From contig OZ249436.1 in assembly GCA_965235115.1 (NCBI GenBank), forward strand, positions 24,616,001-24,680,000: a DNA stretch of 64,000 nucleotides, in the 5' to 3' direction. The translations under genes were made by a program, and so were the position numbers. This document shows positions 1-10,900 of this stretch, in pieces; position 1 is the stretch's first letter, and the number at the start of each line of letters is the position of its first letter. This stretch comes from Laetmonice hystrix. Lineage: Eukaryota. The notes below the pieces were generated by a model. The model saw only the letters and a list, made by a program, of their open reading frames with translations. It ran no database searches and was not told where the DNA came from.

Positions 1-313
1 GTAAAATTTTTTCAAGTGCGTAAAAATGCGTGTCCACCTCCACATACTTTAAAAATCACTATACCCACCCAGCGACATCCACTCTAATACACGCCTAAAA
101 GGAACTTCACTGTCCCATTTGATTCTCCAGCACGTATAGGATGTTTCAAGTAACATTTATCCACGGTCTGGCCCAATAACGTGCAACAAGGCATAGTAAG
201 TCAATGCGACCTCGCATGTCAAACCTAACCCGCCCCCAAGCACATGAGCTGAAAATATTCAAATAGCTTGAAAACTAGAATATAGCTTTGCTTAATACCA
301 TTATACCATCAAC

Positions 314-335
314 TCGCATTACAGGCCTAATGCGA
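314..335. other. Inverted repeat (8-bp stem, 6-nt loop) in each subunit A
   Basis: TCGCATTA-caggcc-TAATGCGA; the arms are exact reverse complements. Confidence 0.85.
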
Positions 336-403
336 AGCTCCCAGCCTAAAACGAGTTTCCAATTAATTTAAAGTTAACAAGATGCACTAATAATCGATTC
401 CAA

Positions 404-415
404 GCCTAATTAGGC
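404..415. other. Perfect 12-bp palindrome in each subunit A
   Basis: GCCTAATTAGGC; the B counterpart GCCTAATTACGT is not palindromic over the same span. Confidence 0.9.
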
Positions 416-905
416 CATTGCTAGTTGGATAACCAAATCTCATACAAAATACACCCTCCCGGCAGATGACCTGAGAATATTCAACTCTTATGTCCGATAT
501 ATCCCTGTCCGCTTAGTAGCACCCAGCCGGGCCCCCATTTTGACATTGCAACACCAATACAGCAAGTGCCCAGCTAACAGCACAAATAACAGGATTCAGG
601 GCTTCCTACCACGTTACAAGTCACAATAGATTGCTGCCTGTCGTAAAAATATACCAGACCATTTTAAAAAGTCACAGAACCCCAATCCGGCCCTAATATG
701 TCACTCCCAGTACCAATAGACGCTGGAAGCACCATCAACTGAAATTCAGGCCTAGAACCCACCTCTCTCTACCAATATCATGCACCTAGTCCGTATACGA
801 GGTTGTAATTTCCTTTAATCAACGGGCTGCGCCGCAGCAACCCACTCTGGTCTTTGCAATCTTTTTCAATATGCGTTAACATTTGTGACCAGCTCAACGC
901 GCCTT

Positions 906-1752
906 GTAAAATTTTTCAAAGTGCGTAAAAGTGTGTGTCCACCCCGACACGCTTTCCAAACCACTATACCCACCGAGCGACATCCACTCAAATACAGGCT
1001 TCGACCGATCCTCACTGTGCCAATAATCCGCCACAAGGCAAATTCAGTCAATGCAAGCTGGAAAATCGAATGTCAAACCTAATGCTCCCCCCCCAGCACG
1101 TTAACTGAAAATAATCAACTAGCTTGAAAACTAGAATATAGCTTTGTTTAGCTAACAATCTACTCTCCCAGCGCCATCAACTCGCATACAGGCGTAAAAG
1201 CAAACGCACTGCCCCATATAATGCTCCCAGCATAAAACGATGTTGCAATTAATTTAAAATTAACAAGATGCACTAGTAATCCGATCCAAGCCTAATTACG
1301 TCATTGCTAGTTTCATAACCAAATCTCACAGAAAATACCCCACCCGCGCACATAACCTGAAAATATTCAACTTTTATCTCCAATGTATCCCTGTGCACCT
1401 AGTAGCACCCAAGCGGGCCCAATTTTGACATTCCAACACAAATACCGCAAATACCCGCCTAATGGCACAAAAAACTTTCTACCCCGTTGCAAGTCACATT
1501 AGCTTGCTGCTTGTCGTAAAAAATGGTGCAGACCATTTCTAAAGTCACAGTACCCCACTCCCGGCCTAATATTACGTTTCAGTATCCATATACGCTGCAA
1601 GCGGCAGGAACTCGAATACAGGCCTAAAAGTAACCCCAGTCTAGCAATATCATACTCTCATGCCATATACGAGCTTGTAATTATCTTTAATTAATGGGCT
1701 CCGCAGCACCAACCCACTGCATTAACATTTGTTTAACAGCTTAACGCACCTT
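906..1752 (+). repeat. Subunit B (847 bp) of the dimeric unit; first copy shown
   Basis: Diverged paralogue of subunit A. It lacks 58 bp found in A at about 114-171 and has several smaller indels. A and B alternate strictly throughout the window. Confidence 0.97.
1087..1094 (+). repeat. Length-variable poly-C tract in subunit B (7-13 C depending on copy)
   Basis: C8 in unit 1 (1087-1094), C12 in unit 13 (22131-22142), C13 in unit 28 (48439-48451), C7 in unit 36 (62341-62347). It accounts for most unit-length variation. Confidence 0.93.
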
Positions 1753-1956
1753 GTAAAAAAATTTTCAAGTGCGTAAAAATGCGTGTCCACCTCCACATAC
1801 TTTAAAAATCACTATACCCACCCAGCGACATTCACTCTAATACACGCCTAAGAGGAACTTCACTGTCCCATTTGATTCTCCAGCACGTATAGGATGTTTC
1901 AAGTAACATTTATCCACGGTCTGGCCCAATAACGTGCAACAAGGCATAGTAAGTCA

Positions 1957-1970
1957 ATGCGAGCTCGCAT
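1957..1970. other. Polymorphic perfect 14-bp palindrome in subunit A
   Basis: ATGCGAGCTCGCAT in unit 2 and many others; the alternative allele ATGCGACCTCGCAT (e.g. 204-217) has a central mismatch. Confidence 0.9.
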
Positions 1971-4900
1971 GTCAAACCTAACCCGCCCCCCAGCACATGA
2001 GCTGAAAATATTCAAATAGCTTGAAAACTAGAATATAGCTTTGCTTAATACCATTATACCATCAACTCGCATTACAGGCCTAATGCGAAGCTCCCAGCCT
2101 AAAACGAGTTTCCAATTAATTTAAAGTTAACAAGATGCACTAATAATCGATTCCAAGCCTAATTAGGCCATTGCTAGTTGGATAACCAAATCTCATACAA
2201 AATACACCCTCCCGGCAGATGACCTGAGAATATTCAACTCTTATGTCCGATATATCCCTGTCCGCTTAGTAGCACCCAGCCGGGCCCCCATTTTGACATT
2301 GCAACACCAATACAGCAAGTGCCCAGCTAACAGCACAAATAACAGGATTCAGGGCTTCCTACCACGTTACAAGTCACAATAGATTGCTGCCTGTCGTAAA
2401 AATATACCAGACCATTTTAAAAAGTCACAGAACCCCAATCCGGCCCTAATATGTCACTCCCAGTACCAATACACGCTGGAAGCACCATCAACTGAAATTC
2501 AGGCCTAGAACCCACCTCTCTCTACCAATATCATGCACCTAGTCCGTATACGAGGTTGTAATTTACTTTAATCAACGGGCTGCGCCGCAGCAACCCACTC
2601 TGGTCTTTGCAATCTTTTTCAATATGCGTTAACATTTGTAACCAGCTCAACGCGCCTTGTAAAATTTTTCAAAGTGCGTAAAAGTGTGTGTCCACCCCGA
2701 CACGCTTTCCAAACCACTATACCCACCGAGCGACATCCACTCAAATACAGGCTTCGACCGATCCTCACTGTGCCAATAATCCGCCACAAGGCAAATTCAG
2801 TCAATGCAAGCTGGAAAATCGAATGTCAAACCTAATGCTCCCCCCCCCCAGCACGTTAACTGAAAATAATCAACTAGCTTGAAAACTAGAATATAGCTTT
2901 GTTAAGCTAACAATCTACTCTCCCAGCGCCATCAACTCGCATACAGGCGTAAAAGCAAACGCACTGCCCCATATAATGCTTCCAGCCTAAAACGATGTTG
3001 CAATTAATTTAAAATTAACAAGATGCACTAGTAATCCGATCCAAGCCTAATTACGTCATTGCTAGTTTCATAACCAAATCTCACAGAAAATACCCCACCC
3101 GCGCACATAACCTGAAAATATTCAACTTTTATCTCCAATGTATCCCTGTGCACCTAGTAGCACCCAAGCGGGCCCAATTTTGACATTCCAACACAAATAC
3201 CGCAAATACCCGCCTAATGGCACAAAAAACTTTCTACCCCGTTGCAAGTCACATTAGCTTGCTGCTTGTCGTAAAAAATGGTGCAGACCATTTCTAAAGT
3301 CACAGTACCCCACTCCCGGCCTAATATTACGTTTCAGTATCCATATACGCTGCAAGCGGCAAGAACTCGAATACAGGCCTAAAAGTAACCCCAGTCTAGC
3401 AATATCATACTCTCATGCCATATACGAGCTTGTAATTATCTTTAATTAATGGGCTACGCAGCACCAACCCACTGCATTAACATTTGTTTAACAGCTTGAC
3501 GCACCTTGTAAAAAATTTTCAAGTGCGTAAAAATGCGTGTCCACCTCCACATACTTTAAAAATCACTATACCCACCCAGCGACATTCACTCTAATACACG
3601 CCTAAGAGGAACTTCACTGTCCCATTTGATTCTCCAGCACGTATAGGATGTTTCAAGTAACATTCATCCACGGTCTGGCCCAATAACGTGCAACAAGGCA
3701 TAGTAAGTCAATGCGAGCTCGCATGTCAAACCTAACCCGCCCCCCAGCACATGAGCTGAAAATATTCAAATAGCTTGAAAACTAGAATATAGCTTTGCTT
3801 AATACCATTATACCATCAACTCGCATTACAGGCCTAATGCGAAGCTCCCAGCCTAAAACGAGTTTCCAATTAATTTAAAGTTAACAAGATGCACTAATAA
3901 TCGATTCCAAGCCTAATTAGGCCATTGCTAGTTGGATAACCAAATCTCATACAAAATACACCCTCCCGGCAGATGACCTGAGAATATTCAACTCTTATGT
4001 CCGATATATCCCTGTCCGCTTTGTAGCACCCAGCCGGGCCCCCATTTTGACATTGCAACACCAATACAGCAAGTGCCCAGCTAACAGCACAAATAACAGG
4101 ATTCAGGGCTTCCTACCACGTTACAAGTCACAATAGATTGCTGCCTGTCGTAAAAATATACCAGACCATTTTAAAAAGTCACAGAACCCCAATCCGGCCC
4201 TAATATGTCACTCCCAGTACCAATACACTCTGGAAGCACCATCAACTGAAATTCAGGCCTAGAACCCACCTCTCTCTACCAATATCATGCACCTAGTCCG
4301 TATACGAGGTTGTAATTTACTTTAATCAACGGGCTGCGCCGCAGCAACCCACTCTGGTCTTTGCAATCTTTTTCAATATGCGTTAACATTTGTAACCAGC
4401 TCAACGCGCCTTGTAAAATTTTTCAAAGTGCGTAAAAGTGTGTGTCCACCCCGACACGCTTTCCAAACCACTATACCCACCGAGCGACATCCACTCAAAT
4501 ACAGGCTTCGACCGATCCTCACTGTGCCAATAATCCGCCACAAGGCAAATTCAGTCAATGCAAGCTGGAAAATCGAATGTCAAACCTAATACTCCCCCCC
4601 CCCCAGCACGTTAACTGAAAATAATCAACTAGCTTGAAAACTAGAATATAGCTTTGTTTAGCTAACAATCTACTCTCCCAGCGCCATCAACTCGCATACA
4701 GGCGTAAAAGCAAACGCACTGCCCCATATAATGCTCCCAGCCTAAAACGATGTTGCAATTAATTTAAAATTAACAAGATGCACTAGTAATCCGATCCAAG
4801 CTTAATTACGTCATTGCTAGTTTCATAACCAAATCTCACAGAAAATACCCCACCCGGGCACATAACCTGAAAATATTCAACTTTTATCTCCAATGTATCC

Positions 4901-7900
4901 CTGTGCACCTAGTAGCACCCAAGCGGGCCCAATTTTGACATTCCAACACAAATACCGCAAATACCCGCCTAATGGCACAAAAAACTTTCTACCCCGTTGC
5001 AAGTCACATTAGCTTGCTGCTTGTCGTAAAAAATGGTGCAGACCATTTCTAAAGTCACAGTACCCCACTCCCGGCCTAATATTACGTTTCAGTATCCATA
5101 TACGCTGCAAGCGGCAGGAACTCGAATACAGGCCTAAAAGTAACCCCAGTCTAGCAATATCATACTCTCATGCCATATACGAGCTTGTAATTATCTTTAA
5201 TTAATGGGCTCCGCAGCACCAACCCACTGCATTAACATTTGTTTAACAGCTTAACGCACCTTGTAAAAAATTTTCAAGTGCGTAAAAATGCGTGTCCACC
5301 TCCACATACTTTAAAAATCACTATACCCACCCAGCGACATTCACTCTAATACACGCCTAAGAGGAACTTCACTGTCCCATTTGATTCTCCAGCACGTATA
5401 GGATGTTTCAAGTAACATTTATCCACGGTCTGGCCCAATAACGTGCAACAAGGCATAGTAAGTCAATGCGACCTCGCATGTCAAACCTAACCCGCCCCCC
5501 AGCACATGAGCTGGAGATATTCAAATAGCTTGAAAACTAGAATATAGCTTTGCTTAATACCATTATACCATCAACTCGCATTACAGGCCTAATGCGAAGC
5601 TCCCAGCCTAAAACGAGTTTCCAATTAATTTAAAGTTAACAAGATGCACTAATAATCGATTCCAAGCCTAATTAGGCCATTGCTAGTTGGATAACCAAAT
5701 CTCATACAAAATACACCCTCCCGGCAGATGACCTGAGAATATTCAACTCTTATGTCCGATATATCCCTGTCCGCTTTGTAGCACCCAGCCGGGCCCCCAT
5801 TTTGACATTGCAACACCAATACAGCAAGTGCCCAGCTAACAGCACAAATAACAGGATTCAGGGCTTCCTACCACGTTACAAGTCACAATAGATTGCTGCC
5901 TGTCGTAAAAATATACCAGACCATTTTAAAAAGTCACAGAACCCCAATCCGGCCCTAATATGTCACTCCCAGTACCAATACACTCTGGAAGCACCATCAA
6001 CTGAAATTCAGGCCTAGAACCCACCTCTCTCTACCAATATCATGCACCTAGTCCGTATACGAGGTTGTAATTTACTTTAATCAACGGGCTGCGCCGCAGC
6101 AACCCACTCTGGTCTTTGCAATCTTTTTCAATATGCGTTAACATTTGTAACCAGCTCAACGCGCCTTGTAAAATTTTTCAAAGTGCGTAAAAGTGTGTGT
6201 CCACCCCGACACGCTTTCCAAACCACTATACCCACCGAGCGACATCCACTCAAATACAGGCTTCGACCGATCCTCACTGTGCCAATAATCCGCCACAAGG
6301 CAAATTCAGTCAATGCAAGCTGGAAAATCGAATGTCAAACCTAATACTCCCCCCCCCCAGCACGTTAACTGAAAATAATCAACTAGCTTGAAAACTAGAA
6401 TATAGCTTTGTTTAGCTAACAATCTACTCTCCCAGCGCCATCAACTCGCATACAGGCGTAAAAGCAAACGCACTGCCCCATATAATGCTCCCAGCCTAAA
6501 ACGATGTTGCAATTAATTTAAAATTAACAAGATGCACTAGTAATCCGATCCAAGCTTAATTACGTCATTGCTAGTTTCATAACCAAATCTCACAGAAAAT
6601 ACCCCACCCGGGCACATAACCTGAAAATATTCAACTTTTATCTCCAATGTATCCCTGTGCACCTAGTAGCACCCAAGCGGGCCCAATTTTGACATTCCAA
6701 CACAAATACCGCAAATACCCGCCTAATGGCACAAAAAACTTTCTACCCCGTTGCAAGTCACATTAGCTTGCTGCTTGTCGTAAAAAATGGTGCAGACCAT
6801 TTCTAAAGTCACAGTACCCCACTCCCGGCCTAATATTACGTTTCAGTATCCATATACGCTGCAAGCGGCAGGAACTCGAATACAGGCCTAAAAGTAACCC
6901 CAGTCTAGCAATATCATACTCTCATGCCATATACGAGCTTGTAATTATCTTTAATTAATGGGCTCCGCAGCACCAACCCACTGCATTAACATTTGTTTAA
7001 CAGCTTAACGCACCTTGTAAAAAATTTTCAAGTGCGTAAAAATGCGTGTCCACCTCCACATACTTTAAAAATCACTATACCCACCCAGCGACATTCACTC
7101 TAATACACGCCTAAGAGGAACTTCACTGTCCCATTTGATTCTCCAGCACGTATAGGATGTTTCAAGTAACATTTATCCACGGTCTGGCCCAATAACGTGC
7201 AACAAGGCATAGTAAGTCAATGCGACCTCGCATGTCAAACCTAACCCGCCCCCCAGCACATGAGCTGGAGATATTCAAATAGCTTGAAAACTAGAATATA
7301 GCTTTGCTTAATACCATTATACCATCAACTCGCATTACAGGCCTAATGCGAAGCTCCCAGCCTAAAACGAGTTTCCAATTAATTTAAAGTTAACAAGATG
7401 CACTAATAATCGATTCCAAGCCTAATTAGGCCATTGCTAGTTGGATAACCAAATCTCATACAAAATACACCCTCCCGGCAGATGACCTGAGAATATTCAA
7501 CTCTTATGTCCGATATTTCCCTGTCCGCTTAGTAGCACCCAGCCGGGCCCCCATTTTGACATTGCAACACCAATACAGCAAGTGCCCAGCTAACAGCACA
7601 AATAACAGGATTCAGGGCTTCCTACCACGTTACAAGTCACAATAGATTGCTGCCTGTCGTAAAAATATACCAGACCATTTTAAAAAGTCACAGAACCCCA
7701 ATCCGGCCCTAATATGTCACTCCCAGTACCAATAGACGCTGGAAGCACCATCAACTGAAATTCAGGCCTAGAACCCACCTCTCTCTACCAATATCATGCA
7801 CCTAGTCCGTATACGAGGTTGTAATTTCCTTTAATCAACGGGCTGCGCCGCAGCAACCCACTCTGGTCTTTGCAATCTTTTTCAATATGCGTTAACATTT

Positions 7901-10900
7901 GTGACCAGCTCAACGCGCCTTGTAAAATTTTTCAAAGTGCGTAAAAGTGTGTGTCCACCCCGACACGCTTTCCAAACCACTATACCCACCGAGCGACATC
8001 CACTCAAATACAGGCTTCGACCGATCCTCACTGTGCCAATAATCCGCCACAAGGCAAATTCAGTCAATGCAAGCTGGAAAATCGAATGTCAAACTTAATG
8101 CTCCCCCCCCCAGCACGTTAACTGAAAAAAATCAACTAGCTTGAAAACTAGAATATAGCTTTGTTTAGCTAACAATCTACTCTCCCAGCGCCATCAACTC
8201 GCATACAGGCGTAAAAGCAAACGCACTGCCCCATATAATGCTCCCAGCCTAAGACGATGTTGCAATTAATTTAAGATTAACAAGATGCACTAGTAATCCG
8301 ATCCAAGCCTAATTACGTCATTGCTAGTTTCATAACCAAATCTCACAGAAAATACCCCACCCGCGCACATAACCTGAAAATATTCAACTTTTATCTCCAA
8401 TGTATCCCTGTGCACCTAGTAGCACACAAGCGGGCCCAATTTTGACATCCCAACACAAATACCGCAAATACCCGCCTAATGGCACAAAAAACTTTCTACC
8501 CCGTTGCAAGTCACATTAGCGTGCTGCTTGTCGTAAAAAATGGTGCAGACCATTTCTAAAGTCACAGTACCCCACTCCCGTCCTAATATTACGTTTCAGT
8601 ATCCATATACGCTGCAAGCGGCAGGAACTCGAATACAGGCCTAAAAGTAACCTCAGTCTAGCAATATCATACTCCCATGCCATATACGAGCTTGTAATTA
8701 TCTTTAATTAATGGGCTCCGCAGCACCAACCCACTGCATTAACATTTGTTTAACAGCTTAACACACCTTGTAAAAATTTTTCAAGTGCGTAAAAATGCGT
8801 GTCCACCTCCACATACTTTAAAAATCACTATACCCACCCAGCGACATCCACTCTAATACACGCCTAAAAGGAACTTCACTGTCCCATTTGATTCTCCAGC
8901 ACGTATAGGATGTTTCAAGTAACATTCATCCACGGTCTGGCCCAATAACGTGCAACAAGGCATAGTAAGTCAATGCGAGCTCGCATGTCAAACCTAACCC
9001 GCCCCCAAGCACATGAGCTGAAAATATTCAAATAGCTTGAAAACTAGAATATAGCTTTGCTTAATACCATTATACCATCAACTCGCATTACAGGCCTAAT
9101 GCGAAGCTCCCAGCCTAAAACGAGTTTCCAATTAATTTAAAGTTAACAAGATGCACTAATAATCGATTCCAAGCCTAATTAGGCCATTGCTAGTTGGATA
9201 ACCAAATCTCATACAAAATACACCCTCCCGGCAGATGACCTGAGAATATTCAACTCTTATGTCCGATATATCCCTGTCCGCTTAGTAGCACCCAGCCGGG
9301 CCCCCATTTTGACATTGCAACACCAATACAGCAAGTGCCCAGCTAACAGCACAAATAACAGGATTCAGGGCTTCCTACCACGTTACAAGTCACAATAGAT
9401 TGCTGCCTGTCGTAAAAATATACCAGACCATTTTAAAAAGTCACAGAACCCCAATCCGGCCCTAATATGTCACTCCCAGTACCAATAGACGCTGGAAGCA
9501 CCATCAACTGAAATTCAGGCCTAGAACCCACCTCTCTCTACCAATATCATGCACCTAGTCCGTATACGAGGTTGTAATTTCCTTTAATCAACGGGCTGCG
9601 CCGCAGCAACCCACTCTGGTCTTTGCAATCTTTTTCAATATGCGTTAACATTTGTGACCAGCTCAACGCGCCTTGTAAAATTTTTCAAAGTGCGTAAAAG
9701 TGTGTGTCCACCCCGACACGCTTTCCAAACCACTATACCCACCGAGCGACATCCACTCAAATACAGGCTTCGACCGATCCTCACTGTGCCAATAATCCGC
9801 CACAAGGCAAATTCAGTCAATGCAAGCTGGAAAATCGAATGTCAAACCTAATGCTCCCCCCCCAGCACGTTAACTGAAAATAATCAACTAGCTTGAAAAC
9901 TAGAATATAGCTTTGTTTAGCTAACAATCTACTCTCCCAGCGCCATCAACTCGCATACAGGCGTAAAAGCAAACGCACTGCCCCATATAATGCTCCCAGC
10001 ATAAAACGATGTTGCAATTAATTTAAAATTAACAAGATGCACTAGTAATCCGATCCAAGCCTAATTACGTCATTGCTAGTTTCATAACCAAATCTCACAG
10101 AAAATACCCCACCCGCGCACATAACCTGAAAATATTCAACTTTTATCTCCAATGTATCCCTGTGCACCTAGTAGCACCCAAGCGGGCCCAATTTTGACAT
10201 TCCAACACAAATACCGCAAATACCCGCCTAATGGCACAAAAAACTTTCTACCCCGTTGCAAGTCACATTAGCTTGCTGCTTGTCGTAAAAAATGGTGCAG
10301 ACCATTTCTAAAGTCACAGTACCCCACTCCCGGCCTAATATTACGTTTCAGTATCCATATACGCTGCAAGCGGCAGGAACTCGAATACAGGCCTAAAAGT
10401 AACCCCAGTCTAGCAATATCATACTCTCATGCCATATACGAGCTTGTAATTATCTTTAATTAATGGGCTCCGCAGCACCAACCCACTGCATTAACATTTG
10501 TTTAACAGCTTAACGCACCTTGTAAAAAAATTTTCAAGTGCGTAAAAATGCGTGTCCACCTCCACATACTTTAAAAATCACTATACCCACCCAGCGACAT
10601 TCACTCTAATACACGCCTAAGAGGAACTTCACTGTCCCATTTGATTCTCCAGCACGTATAGGATGTTTCAAGTAACATTTATCCACGGTCTGGCCCAATA
10701 ACGTGCAACAAGGCATAGTAAGTCAATGCGAGCTCGCATGTCAAACCTAACCCGCCCCCCAGCACATGAGCTGAAAATATTCAAATAGCTTGAAAACTAG
10801 AATATAGCTTTGCTTAATACCATTATACCATCAACTCGCATTACAGGCCTAATGCGAAGCTCCCAGCCTAAAACGAGTTTCCAATTAATTTAAAGTTAAC

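Larger units (their letters stand above)
1..905 (+). repeat. Subunit A (905 bp) of the dimeric unit; first copy shown
   Basis: Colinear with 906-1752 along its length, e.g. GTAAAATTTTTTCAAGTGCGTAAAAATGCGTGTCCACC (1) vs GTAAAATTTTTCAAAGTGCGTAAAAGTGTGTGTCCACC (906), and TAGCTTGAAAACTAGAATATAGCTTTG at both 264 and 1120. Confidence 0.97.

Noticed and set aside
999..1015. Possible CENP-B box (CTTCGACCGATCCTCAC)
   Set aside because: It matches TTCG....A..C but lacks the required GGG, so only 6 of 9 core positions match.
866..1082. 61-65 aa ORFs repeated in each unit (MTEFALWR..., MTSSTRLV..., MSTPTRFP...)
   Set aside because: They are short, overlap on both strands, rely on alternative start codons and have no recognisable domain. 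Some appear or vanish with SNPs and poly-C length. Their identity across copies merely reflects the DNA repeat.
1071..1100. Mitochondrial control-region CSB-like motif (TGTCAAACC plus poly-C) or a G-quadruplex on the minus strand
   Set aside because: The similarity is short and low-complexity with no flanking mitochondrial genes, and there are not four closely spaced G3 runs.
1707..1715. CACCAACCC resembling the kinetoplast minicircle UMS (GGGGTTGGTGTA) on the minus strand
   Set aside because: Only 9 of 12 bases match, and there are no CSB-1/CSB-2 blocks at the proper spacing on the same strand.
1..1752. Tandem 5S rRNA, tRNA, snRNA, spliced-leader or histone gene repeat
   Set aside because: I found no recognisable signature of these genes on either strand. 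An Infernal/Rfam scan would be the decisive test.
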